DNA of 64,000 nt from Selaginella moellendorffii (lineage: Eukaryota > Plantae > Lycopodiophyta), in the NCBI RefSeq assembly GCF_000143415.4, contig NW_003314263.1, positions 1,490,165-1,554,164 of the forward strand. The letters run 5' to 3'. Under the pieces are notes generated by a model. That model worked only from the letters and a program-made list of their open reading frames with translations, did no database searches and was not told the origin of the DNA. How positions within the stretch are numbered: the first letter of the stretch is position 1; the number at the start of each line of letters is the position of its first letter. Position numbers and translations under genes: made by a program. This document shows positions 39,484-52,911 of the stretch, in pieces.

Positions 39484-40019
39484 GATACAATCGATCAAAA
39501 GCTTGCGAAATCTTTGCAGAGACTCGGAGAAACTCTTTGGAGCTGCGCTAGAGATCTAGAGCAATGAAACAAGTTTGCCGAGAAAGAAAAAGAGCTTCCA
39601 AAGACTAGCTTTCGAGCGAGCAAAGAGGCGAAAAGAGAGATGGAGGACGAAAGACGACGGCGGCGCCGGTGTATATATACGGCTCCAACAAAGAGACACG
39701 GCGTGGACGGATAGGATGCGATCAAGGAAGACAAGGCCTGCAAGTGCGACACGTGGACAGCATTGACCAGACAGAATGCTGACTAGGAAGAAGCCACAAA
39801 TCCAAACTAGATAAAATAGAAACCATGGAAGAACTCTCTCCATTAATTTTGCGTTGTTTCCAAAGAGAGAGCATGTCCCCCGAAATCTTTTATTTCATTT
39901 CATCCAATCTTGGAAGTTTCAACTATAGAGACTGTGATCCTCTCAAGAATGCTTGATATACACAGTGAGTTCTCCCAGAGATATCCAATCTATAAACTAT
40001 CTCTACGCAAAGATTTACG

Positions 40020-43000
40020 TTACGCTGCTATGGTACCTTCGGTCTCCTGTGGCATGCCTTTGATGGTTCTTCGCTTCCATATCGCCGACTTTGGATCGAA
40101 CGCCAATTCCCATGTTGGCCAGTAGTGCAAATCCTGCTTGAGCGTCAAAACCCGTGGCTTGCCGTTCAAATGGACCACTTTGACGCGCACAAAGTCTCCA
40201 TGGTTGAGTTCCTACAAAAAGAAAACAATATCAAGATCGCTACTATCGCACTAAACCCAAATGCCAAACCTTGACAACTTCGATAAACGTTTGCAAGTCC
40301 GGTGTCTTGTTCCCATTCACTTCCACGATCCATTGAAGAGCATAAAGGCCATATCTGTGAGCGGGACTTCCATGGCACCACCTGACAATCACGAATATCA
40401 ACCAAATGAGGCACTGCTAAAAATGAAAGAGTTTTGCCAAGTTACCTGGCAACGTAAACTCCATGGCCCTCTTCCGGGAGAAAGCCCAGTGCTCTTACAG
40501 CCGGATGAGGATCTTGGACGACGCAGCCTGCCCAGTTCACCATTTGCATCGTGCCAAAACCATCGCGGACGTCCGTTCCAATCACAATCTCTACTTCGAC
40601 ACCCTGATGGTAGCGAGAGATTTAAGACAAAAGTAGCAGAGGTTTTGCGTTACCTGTCGAAAGACGGTCATGTGTAGTTCGTCAGTTTCGCCCTCTTCAG
40701 CACGTTGGCAGGCTTGCTCAACGTCTTGAAAGCAAGTTATAGGCATGTTGTTGATTGCCAGTAACATATCGCTTTGCTCGAGTGCAGACTCCGCCTTAGA
40801 GCCCGCTAAACAGCCTTTGACCCGCAACACTTGACGTCTTATTGGATCTTTTTTAGCTAGAGCCTGCAATTCTTGTGTCAGTAAACACAAAACTGAAAAG
40901 AAGTGTTCGCTTACCTGAACCCATTTATCGCTAAGACCAAAGCTCCTTGCTTTTGACAACAAGGTCGGATAGAGCTCAACTTCCAGAACGCGAACCAGGG
41001 GCATACGTCTCTCAATACCGTTGATATGTAAAGGTGGTCCTCGGTGTCCATCGACAATCCCGTCGCGTATTTCACTGATGTACGATATTGGAATGCCTCG
41101 AACGAACTGGTGATCTTCCGGAGAGCTGTCGCCGTATTTAACCTGCTTATTGATGGATTATAAACATGAGCCATAAACCCTTTGTTCTTACTTGAGTTGA
41201 GAAGCTAGCCCAAAGAGCTTGTACTCTCCCTTCGTCGTCGGCAAGAACTCCCGAAAACGTATGGCCAAAATCTGAGGGATCAAACTTAACGTGAGAAGAT
41301 TGTGAAGACTACAACATACCAGTATCAATCTCAACAACTTCCATGTTCATTGCTCGATATCGTGGACAATCTGCTGCCCCCACATTCAGCGAAGCGGCAG
41401 GGTTGGTCACTACTGACTTGCGTGACGTAGCCTGCATGCTCCTGCTCAGACCAACTAGGTGAACGGCATCACCTCTTTTCAGTGGTTCTGCAGATAAACG
41501 TGTCTAAGATGCTTAGGTAACGGCAAAAGAAAGCTACAAACCCGGGTGTAAGACAGCAGCTCGGACGGCGGCTGCTCCAGCTTCTCCTAGAGCCGACGGA
41601 TTATAAGCAACAACCGCAAAGTCGTGTATTGGATGTAAAAACACCACCTAAGTAGCGGAGTCAGCAGATTGAAAGCTATTTCAAGATTACCTCAGCAGGA
41701 ATCTCGATTGGAATTGCGGCAAAAGAAAGCATTATATCGGCAACTGAAATTGCGACAGTGTTTCTGTCCACGGCTATAAGGCCCAAGTCGGAGGAGTGAT
41801 GTATAATGATCCCTGTACCAAAGAAGTGCTGGGCATGCACGCCATCGAGTAGTGAAGACGGTGGAATATGAACCTGCATCACTAAAAGCGTCTCAACAAC
41901 GCCAAAACGAAAATCCGCTTTCTTACCTCCATCATAACGAGAGTCGGCTCTAAAACCTGCTCAACACCTGAAGCACCACCTGTTACTTCTGGAGTTTGAG
42001 AATCAACAACTTCCGCAAGAATGTCAGGCTGATTATCTTCCGGAACAGCTAGAAGCTCGTTCACTCGTCTTCTCTTAGTTTCTCCTTGGTTCAAAGACCC
42101 GTCGCTCAGCTGGTTGCCTTCGTCACTTTGGAAGCCATCTTCGGCGCTCATTGAAACCGCAACTCCTCCTCTACATTCGATAGCAGAACCGTCTTGTAAA
42201 GCACCTGACATCTTGCATGGTCCCTGCTTCTCGTCACTATGAAAAGTTGAAACAGGTTTACTGGATATGGCCGGACGAGGATTCCAAAGTCCGGTAGAAT
42301 CATCACGAACATAGATTTGCGGAGGTGCATACCATTCGTGCCTTTCAATGGTCACCAGCACAGACTAGAGAAAACAAAATCCTTTAAGACGAGCAGGACG
42401 TCAAATATATGTAAAAGGCTCACCTTGCCTCTATGCCGATCGCTGTACACATAGAATTCTAGTGGGACACGCGCACCAGGGGCAAGCTTACCAAAACCGA
42501 CAATAAGATCTTCCAAGGTTGAAATGCTTTCTCCAGCAAGCTTTTTGATTATCCCAAACTTTGGAACCCCTGCTCGCGACAGCATGTACCTTCAAGAGAA
42601 AAAAGCTTAGCGATACAACTCTCACGTAATCGTGCTTACCCCGGATCTGCGACATATACAAGTCCACAGTTAAAGCGAAAATTCCGAGCCTGTAAGTCCA
42701 CGTGCATTATTGGCACAACAGTTCAACAAGCCAACGAACCTGTTGATAAGACAGAGGATGGATAATGGCTCCACTCATTTCTAAAAAGTAATTAGGCGTG
42801 ATTGAATGTAAGTCTTGCACCTGCTTCCAACTTCAGCATTTGACAGTTAAAGGAATATTTACACATACCTTCAACGTGACTTGAACATCTTTTCCACCTC
42901 TCTCGAGTTCGAGCTCCACGTCTTTGTCAACGTTGTCGTCAAGGAGTATTTCAAGTTTTAAAAACTGTGTTACTACCTGTCCCATTCTAAGTGTTAGCGA

Positions 43001-44465
43001 GTTTTCATTACTTCACAAAACCCTTACTTCTTTGTTCACGCGAACAAGCACATCTCCAGGCTCCAGGTGCTTATGAGAAGGACCACCCGGCACCTGATTT
43101 CAAAAACGTCGGACGATATACTTACATGGTATGTTTAAGAACTTACCACAGAATCTACGACGAGCATGCCGGTTTCACTCGGAGGAGAAGCAGATCGAAC
43201 AGTCTAAGGTGAAGCGAACTTGTTAATCAAGATCAAACAAAGAAGAAAAACTTACTTGCTCAGTGTCATGCCGCAAGCCCAGACGTCTGGTTTCATCAAA
43301 TCCTTTGTGCAGCAATGTCATCTTAAGAGAAAAACACATAGTTAATTATGTGACCTTTTCTCAATGAAGTCATTCACCTGCAAAGTCCCCCGAGGTATAT
43401 CCACTGGTTGCCACCCATCACCAAATCCATCTTTGCTTTCCTGAAGAACACGGAGTGCTCTTACCACCTGACAGAATGTAGACAGTAAGACTTAACCAGG
43501 AAACAGAAACTCGTTTAGTCTTACACGATCCAGAGGAAGAAAATACGCCGAAGCCCCTGCTACTTTGCTACCAGCATTTATAGCGACGGCCCTTCCTTTG
43601 CAATCTACAACAGGAGATCCACTAGATCCTCCTTTAGTTCCTGACGCTGCCTGGCAAAATTCACGTTATAAAAACCTCAGTCAGTTGATTGTCGATCACC
43701 AATTACCTGCATATAGAATGTGTTGAAATCGTTGTATCCATCCCTTTAGAACATAGAATTATGAACAACAAAGTTCTCAGACTGAAGATTCTTACTTTTT
43801 ATACGGTGGAGCATCTCGATCAAGCCTGGCAATGGTACCCGCAAGTATGGAGAGCTGAAAGAAAGAAAATGCCAGTTAGTACCAAGCTAAGGTTTCTAGT
43901 ATTTGTTTTGTTTTCGCGAAAGTACCTTTTCTCCGCTATCATTCCCCACAACACGAATTTCTAGACCCACAGCCGCGGCCTCTGGAGCGAGAGGAATCTC
44001 CTCGTAGTTCATAAACTCGACGCTCTTTGGATCGAATCGAAAGAACCCAAAGTCGTGTACCTGGATCCAATCCAAAAACAACGTAAACCACGCTTTCCAA
44101 AAGAGAGGAACCAACTTACAGGATCGCGATACAAAGGATACACCGGAATTTCTTCCCTGTTGAGAAAGATCGCCTCCGCAACCACGGGACCTATAGCCGG
44201 AATCCCTCAAACAAGCTCCCTACATTGAAAATTGGAGATTACCAGGCTTCACGACATGGCGATTGGTGAGAATTATGCTCCGGGCCTTGTCCACCACGAA
44301 TCCCGTCGCATAGCCGGAGCTCGCAGTCTCCGTATCGAATGCCCTGCAAGCGGTCGTCCTGAGCACCACGACGCCGCGGACGACGCGAGCGAGCGATTTC
44401 TGCCAATCCTCGGCAGTGGCTCCGCTGCTGCCAGCGCCTTCCAGAGGCAAGCCATCGAGCTCCAT
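40020..44465 (-). CDS. DEG7: Deg/HtrA serine protease of the DEG7/Nma111 type (two protease domains plus PDZ), multi-exon
   Basis: [49 protein letters not shown]-terminal [11 protein letters not shown]. Confidence 0.92.
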
Positions 44466-45077
44466 GCCACCAGAGAGGAGAAAAGGCGCCGCGATCAAGC
44501 GCCAGGGATCACCACATTCGCCACAAACCCTAAGACGCCGAGCTTTGCCAAAATCTCGCGAGGAGAAGCCAACACCATAGCCACGTTAAATTATTAACCT
44601 ATATGAATCTGAGCCGTCGGATCGAGTCTATGTTCGATCGAAAACTTCCGTAGCATATGCCATTCGTACAAATGAATTTAAAATTGATTAAGTACGTAAT
44701 GGATACATAACTGTTTATCATTGTGTAGGTACTTACACCTAAGATATATTTGAATATTTTAGGATATTTTACTATCTAATTGTTGTTATTCATTTAAATT
44801 AATTTTGTATTTATGATTTTAAAAATTCTTATAATTTCTAAACTTTCCTAAACACTTCTAAGTATATTCTAGCTTAATATTACTTTCTAGACTAATACTA
44901 ATCTTGTATAAACATCTTTATAATTATTGATCAGCTTGGTCATAGTTTTATTTTCGTTCAACCCTCCATTCCGGGCATATAACTGAAGGTACCAGGTGGG
45001 CTGTTTAATGTGCTCGATCTTTCGGCCTTCTAGTTGACACCTCTCGTCAACTCTCTTCTTTCATGGGCGCTCCATTC

Positions 45078-47325
45078 AGATGATGCTTTGCCCCTGGAGA
45101 GGAGCAAAGGATTGCAAGGAGATGCTTGATCGAGTCACCCGGGGAGTCGTCGTTCTCAATTGCAGTGCTTGCAGGGCATTTGATAAGCCGGATATCCACA
45201 CTGCAACGGCATTTGGTGGACAATAATTCGCACCAATCGCCATGTCGTTAAAGGTTGTTAGATCTGCTTCTCCTCTGACTGAAACAGGCATGCTAGTCGT
45301 AGAAGCTCTATAACATTGTATATAACATATGAAATACCAATGTTGTACAAGGCCAGGTGCCAGGTGGTCTTTCGCATACGCATCTAGAACCAGGAGATGT
45401 GCTTGTTCGAGTGAACAAACAAGTAAGGGTCGTGCTGAAATCATAGAAATTTAGCCAGTTTTTTGTGAACGCAAACACATTTCTTACAAGTTGAGATATA
45501 TCCCGACGACAAAGTTGAAAGATATGGAGCTCGAGTTAGAGAGAAGTGGAAAACATGTCCATTTCACATTTTTATATACACTACGTATAAAAAATATTAA
45601 AGCTGGAAAGATGGAAACAGGTGCAAGACTTGCACTCAATCACGCCTAATCACTTCGTGGAAATAAGCGGAGCCATTATTCATCCTCTGTCTTATCCCTG
45701 TAATATAAACTACATCGTTGTGGAGAAACAGGCTTGGTTTTCACTTCAAGTGCAGGCTTGTTTATGTTGTGGAACATAGTTACATTATTAGTACCATCAA
45801 TTAATACTTATCGTTTATTTTGGAAGCTACATGCTATCGCGAGCAGGAGTTCCAAGGTTTGGCATAATAAAAAAGCTGGCCGGAGAGCGGAAGACCTTAT
45901 TCGACACAGATCCCATACACAGCAGATGCTTCCGAAGGTGTAATTTTTTTCTCTTGACCAGTCCGTGCTGGTAACAATTGAAAGGCACGAAGGGTATGCA
46001 CCCCCTCAAATCTATACTCGTGACACTTCTACCAGCCTCTGGAATCCTCGTCCAGCGCTACCTCAGAAACCTGAAATTTCAAGCTTGCATGCTGAATCGG
46101 GAGCTGCGAGTAAAGTAGCTGGTCCTGCTGTTTCAATGGGTGGCAATGCAACTGTTCTTCTAGAACTAAGCTAGACGTCTAAAGCAGTTCGGTTATATGA
46201 AAGGTGAATATATTTGCTGGTTTAGGTGGGTAAGATTCAGTAGTAAGGCATCTCCACTGGAGTTGTGGCGAAGTAGAGAATTATATCAGCAACTGCAATC
46301 CTGACGGTGTTTCTGTCCACGGCTACGAGGTCCAAGTCCGAGGACCTCGTGATGTATAACGATCCCCGTACCAACAAAGTGATGGTCATGCTCGCCATCA
46401 ACTCGTGCAGACTGCGCAATATTCACTCAGTCATTCATATTCTGTTTACATGGTCTCGCGGCGCCCCAGACCGAATATGAACCTGCAATGTTTACGGAAA
46501 AGCTATATTTGTGGAAAATGAAGGTGAGTTTCCTTACGTAGTCCCAGGTTTGTATTCTGTGGAGTAGTCCACAGAAGCATTAAATAGAGGCGATGAGGTT
46601 CATCTTGTTGGCCTGAGCAGGAGCATGTGGACCATATCTCGTAAGTCAATCGTAATCAACCCTGCTGCTTTGCTACCGATGAGCATGGAGGTTATTGAGA
46701 TTGACAATGGTATAACCCCTGTCTCATTGATTTACGATTTTCCTTATATGCTGAAATTCTATGAGACCTTGATAAAATTTCGGGAGTTCTTGCCGATGGT
46801 AAAGGGAGTGGTAAAGCTCTCTGGGCCACATTCTTCACTCAAGTAAGTACATTTATTATAAAACAGCGTTTCAAGTAATCTCTGTGGTTTGAACCATGTA
46901 AAGTACTGGGACTTCCAAGAACAAGAGTTTGCGAAAGGAATACCAATTTCATACATTTGTGAGATATGAGATGGAATTGTCGGAGGACACAAGGGAATTG
47001 AAAGACATCTGCCTTCCGTTCGCATTCTCGAAGCTGAGCCTTTACCCGACTTTGTTGTCCGAGGCAAGGAATTTTGGTTTGAGTGACAAATGTCTTCATA
47101 TACTTTTGCTCTTGTATTTCCATCTCCCTAATGACGTGCTAATCGCAGGCTCTTGCTGAAAAGAATCCATTAAGACGCCAAGTCTTGCAAATGAGGCGCT
47201 GTTTTGCAGACTCCAAGTCGTCCAAGTCTGCACTGGCGCAAAATGATAATCAACAAAGTGCCTATAACTTGCTTTCAAGATATTGAGCAGGCCTGCCAAC
47301 TTGCTGAACAAAACGAGAGTCATTA
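45078..47325 (+). pseudogene. Decayed inverted (head-to-head) duplicate of DEG7 with an internal inversion (~46235-46490)
   Basis: Colinear DEG7 pieces ([40 protein letters not shown]) with intron remnants; the VAVDRNTV segment lies on the opposite strand. Confidence 0.85.
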
Positions 47326-48865
47326 TCTGGCTATGAGATCATCAGGGTGGCGAACAAAAGATAGTCACTAAGAGGGACTCCCGTGATCGTTTTGGGACGG
47401 CGGTTGAGGATGTTTTCCACGTCCTATATAACTGTGGGGCATATGACCACCTCCGCCAGCGTCTTCCAACCATTCCCTGGCGAGATAGGGCCTCTCCAAC
47501 ATTGACACTGAACTTGCGAGGTATCTCTTGCGAGACTAGAGGACCACTCTTGGAAGCTACAGCAGTACCAGTTCAAGGAGTGCTAAAGAGCGAATGGGTA
47601 GGCAGGCAAGTACAATGTCCTCCACCTCAGTGGTCTCATGCCTCCAGCTGGGCGCTGCAAGACCCTCCAAAAATAATCCAAAGTTTTTGTCCAGCCATAA
47701 GAGCATTGGGGTTTGAATGAACAAGTGTCATAGCACCTGATCAAAAGCTTTGACAAAATCGACATAGCCAATGTGTCTGAACTGTAACCACTATAATAAC
47801 ACTTAGAGAGTGAGAAGTTGGTCTACACAAGAATAATGGTGGCAAAAGACTGTTTAGCCATTTGCATTAAGATGGTGACTTTTTACCCAATTCGAGAGCC
47901 ATTTTTTTTGCAAAAATACTGGCTAGGGTCTGATAATTTGCCACATTAGTCAAATCACCAACTTATACATCCACAAATAGTGTTTTCAAAGAATATGCTC
48001 TTAAAAGGTTGAGAGGCTTTATGATTTAGCTTTGGAAACCCTGGCCAAGGTGGTTTTGTAGATGAATATTTTACAGTGTAACCTAATTGACATTGCGCAT
48101 GGTAGCTTCAGCTGAAAAGCTTTGCAGTCCAATGTATCCAAGAATCAGATAAACCCAGAAGCTTGAGTTCTTTAAGCGGGTCCTTCAATGATTGCCAGCC
48201 ACTTATATGGCCGCAGCTTCTAAAACCAAGCGACCTCCAAGTGGCAGCTGTAATTGTACCATGGCTCTAAATGTTTTATAATCCAAAAGAAACGAGTGTG
48301 GATGAGGGGATATGCTAAAAAAAGATGTCCCGCTAAATTAGAGTTTTGTATTACAAGCAAAACAAGTGGTGGTAAATGCATATTTCCTTTCTTTTCTTTG
48401 AAGGATTTCAATTTAAAGTTTATATTAAAGATAAGAAAAAATAACATTAAAACACTATATAGATTAAGGTACAATCTAGCATAAACCTGGATACTTATAG
48501 TATATGTCTAAACCAAAAGGACTGATAAAAATTTAAAATAACTTTCGCGCCATTAGCTAAGAGAGGATTTACCAAAAGAACTAGAACCAAAATCACTACT
48601 ACAAACACCACCCACATTTGCAAATCTTTTTTTGGAGTTATTTCCCCGACTCCATACCTGAAAGAAAGAAAAATTTAGAAAGAAAAACACGACGCACCAT
48701 GGAAACTCCGAGCTCTTGTCTAATCGTCTTTCGGATAGATCAAAGTAGAACTAGTAGCTGCTGGAAACATTTCAAAACCACCTGGTAAGCTAAACGAGCC
48801 AATGGAAAACTGACAGCTTACCAGGAATCGATAGATACTCCACAAACTTCCATTCCATCTTTCGG

Positions 48866-50864
48866 TCACGAGATCACGGCAACGTCCGCTGGTGTCAGCA
48901 TCTCCTTCCCGACGAGCTTCCCGGATGCTGTCCTAGTTTTGAAGCTCCCACTGCCTTTGCCACGCGCCTCCCTCCTGGAGTTCTTGGATCCCGGCTTCTC
49001 AATCGCAGCCTTGGACTTCGGTGCCTCACCATCGCTCTTCTCCTGTGCCGCCGCGGTAGCAGGCTCCACTACACTATCTAAAGTCGCATTAACAACACTA
49101 TCCTGGTGATCGGCGCCTGTAGGAGCGTCAGCTGTCTCCGGAGCGCTTTCCAGACCGAAGTCCTTTCCGGTATCACTATCTGCGTCCCCCCCGGATTCGG
49201 TCCCAGCTGATGCGTTCCTCTCTACCACCCCGTTTCCCTTGGTTTCCTCCAGCACCCCGATGCCTTCGACTGTCCCATTGCCGAGGACCTCGTTGGATGG
49301 CTTCTCCTTGCTCTTCACCTTCTCGCTAGAGATCTTCCCCGAGAACGACTTCCTGATCGCCTTCTTCGACGGGACCACGTTCTCCTTGACTTGTTGCCCG
49401 TTGTCTAGCTTCTTGGCGTCCTCGTTGTCGGTGTGCTTGCCGTTCTCGGACTCCGCACCGCTGATACTCTTTCGCCTGCCCAGCTTTGGAGATCTTGCGC
49501 GCGTCGTTGGGATCTGCATCCATTTCCAAAAATGTTGGTAAGCGCACCAACTATCAGCCATTCCAACCTTTCTCAGCTCAGCCTTAGGAGGAGGAGCCTC
49601 CTGGTAAAAGCTCGGCATTGGAGTTGCCTTGAAAGTGAGGCTCTTGCGAAGCTGTTTGATTTCAGCTTCCATCTCCTCCTAATGATCGATTGTTAGAACG
49701 CAGAAGGCAAAGAAAGGCTTTTTCACGCACCTGTGTTTTGGCTTGAATCTGACACTTCTCCGCTTCTTTGGCGTTTAGCTTTTCCTCCAGCTTTGAATAG
49801 AACTGCAAGCACAAAACTACATAAGGATTGGAAGACTTGTAACATCACGTACCTCTTTTCGCTTTTCTGCACGTTCATCACATTTGAAGCTGAAAGTGGA
49901 GGCAGCGGCATTTTTCCTGTCTTTTATACCAAATCCAGGCCTGCGGATTGATGCAAACACTCAACACAAAGCAGAAAGACATAAGGCTTACGATGTGCAA
50001 GATCCAACTTCGCTGTTTGCATCACTCACTTCCTCTTTCTGAGGGGGCCTGCAGCCATAAGTTCCCGTTAGAAAAGATAGGAAAAAACGTAACTAGAAAA
50101 CTGTACTTTAAGGCTTCCACACTTAATGGTCTTACAGACGAAGGTTTTGTGGTCACCTTGCTAAGAACCTGCAACTTAAACTCAGTAAAGAAGAAACACG
50201 CAGCTTAATACCTGAGACTTTCGGATTGGCTGGGACGGTATTACGGGAGTTGGCTTAGCAGGTTGTTTAGCAGGAGCTTCAGTAGAAGTTGGCAACAGTC
50301 TGCTGCCACCGAGTGAAGCTCTTTTATCAGTTGCCAGAGCAAATGGTTGTGGAACTGTAACCGACGCCGTCGTTCGAGAGCTCTTTGGAGCTGGATCAGC
50401 AGCCGACTCCTTTCTAGCTTTTGAAGGAGCCACAGGATTGCTTTTGGGCCTTGCCGTCGTCGCATTAGCAGCAGCCACCGAAGTCTTAAAGCTCGACGAA
50501 GACTTCTTTGCCGGGGCTGTGCCCTTCGGATTCTTGGCATTTTCAGATCTTCTCTCCTGCAAATGCAAACAAAAAACCATCTGTTTCCTCCTCTGGCTCC
50601 AAAACAATAAACTATCAAGTGGGTCGTACCAACCTTCACAGGCTTCACATGGCAAGCGTTATCCTTTCCAAGGTTTGATTCCTCCGAAACCCCCATACCA
50701 TCGTGAGTTCCATTACTGTTCTCCTGACCGCCCGAAACTTCGACTCCTGATCCCTGGAACTCCTCGTCACCATTCTCCTCCTCCAAGTCCATGTCGTCCA
50801 CATTGCTGCTCCTTGGAGCGTCCACCACTTCCTTAGGTTCATCACCTGTGCCTGACCCCTCCAT
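48866..50864 (-). CDS. WVD2-like (TPX2 C-terminal/KLEEK domain) microtubule-associated protein, multi-exon
   Basis: [15 protein letters not shown]; KLEEK; [22 protein letters not shown]; [14 protein letters not shown]. Confidence 0.9.
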
Positions 50865-52911
50865 GACGCTGCCGGTTTTCCGATCACCCAAGTCTCGAAC
50901 TCGCGATTGCCCTGATCATTCCCTGCAATCCACAAGAGCCACTGTTAAAGAGGAAAAGAACCGTGGAATCCCCGACTACACCCTCGATAACCCAAGAACC
51001 CCACCGCCGCTGGCAGACAATCGAAAAGCCCATCGCTTCAAGATCACGATGCAATGTAGCATGCACAACGCATCCGAATGCAAATTTCATGGAAGCCCCT
51101 TGACGCTCATGCAAGAAAAGAATGAAAGAATCTCGGCGGTATTGCCGCGGAGCGCCACATTGCCGAGCGCCAAGGACCACGACCCCAGGAAGGCACACAC
51201 AGATCTCTCAAGGGCAAGCAAGGAGCCATGGATTCCATAGCTAGAACCGCAGCGAAATATCCTCGCCAGAGCTCACCTCTCCATCGCGGCGCCGATTCCC
51301 TCGCCACAATGCACCTCGATCCCTGCTGAAAAACCTGGGGGAGAGATCTCGTGACCGCCGGACAGCGCGCTCAACCGCTTGCCGTGCCGGCACCGAAGAA
51401 CTGGCAGCGCGCACGGGAGATCGAGGAGGGAAGATCGATAGGCGCGAGAAGACGAGCGCGTGATTCTCCAGTGGCACAATCACTCCACAAAAACCCAGCC
51501 TGCCCCGTTTTCTAAACGGACCCCCACAGAATATCCACGAAACATTCCGTCCATCCCCAACGGGCCGCCGAATATTCTCCGCAGCCCTAATCCGGCGAAT
51601 ATCCCCCTGGCTGCGTCGTCGTTAGCTTGACGGTCGTCTTCGTGTCGGGTGGCCGGCGGGGCCGCCGCCGGCCTTGGCACATCCGCGCCAATTGTTGTGG
51701 GCCGCGACTGGCATTTGTCGGTGGCACACCATACGGTACGTTTGTGTGGACCAGTCGCACCGAGATTCCCCGCAAAGATACCGGTCGCTGACTGCCAGGT
51801 GTCGGTGGGGAGCTGTACTCCAAACAACATTCCCTTCCTCTTTGGGGGCGAGGCGAAGGCTTTAAAATTTTTTACAGGTAGATAGCAGCGCTTTGATGGG
51901 CATTTTAAATTCTTAAAGGCCATCACGTTTTGGGAAAATGCGATAGCTTAACCATTCCCGCCAAAAAGAAAAGGTATATGCATTCGAACGTGGAAAGATG
52001 ATCTTGGCCACCACCTTGATATTATACACTTTAGATCTCAATCCCGCCAAACACGTTAAGGAATTTTAGAGCTTAATCTCAACCTTGTTAGACGCTTGAT
52101 CATTCCAAAACAATCGCTATCGTCCAAAGTTTTTAGCTCACAAATAAATTGATCTCTCCTCCACCTTGATGGGTTCCATCTTCGCCACACGCTTTGCGCA
52201 GCACGAGATTGCAAATCGCTTGTGAGGACTGAAATGGACGCCTCGCCCGACTCGCAACATCATCCTAGGGTCTTCAAAGTCGTCCATGGAGAAGGAATTT
52301 GGATAGAAAACAAGGAAATAAAAACCATATACCAGAATAATTTAAGTTCCCGCTGCTTGGTTTCGCGAGACAAAATCGACTGCTTGATTGATGGATCCAT
52401 CCATTGGCTGCCTTTTGCCTAGCTATGGACACAGCAAACAAATAAATACAAACACAAAAGAATCATTCAAGGCTTTTACACTGTTGTCTGCTGGCCAGCT
52501 CTGGAATGAATCCAAAGAAGAAAATGTTAGATCGCTCCAGGAGTCCATAGCCGAAGCTGTCCAAAGCGAACGATACCTTTTCTATGTTCTTCGGAGGTTA
52601 TGCTTGCCTCGTCCTGCCATGCCAAAGAGACGAGAAAGTTCGCGAAAACTACGAATTCGTTCCACATTAGCCGAAGCTGTCCAAAGCGAACGAACCTTTT
52701 CTATGCTGCATGGAAGACTTTAGATATCTTCTTTGTCTAGAAAGCGGTGATTCTTGCCTTGTCCTGCTATGCCAAATAGACGAGAAAGTTAGCAAGAGCC
52801 ACATATTCGTTCCATACCTTGACAACGATTTCGCTGTAGCGTTCCAGTGCGATGTCCTGATCAATCGTCCATCCTACTCTTCTCTGTGGGTCTCGAATTG
52901 GAGTAGGCCTG

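Noticed and set aside
52548-52705. ~40-bp direct repeat (tagccgaagctgtccaaagcgaacg)
   Set aside because: Only two copies with no element hallmarks; likely a local duplication.
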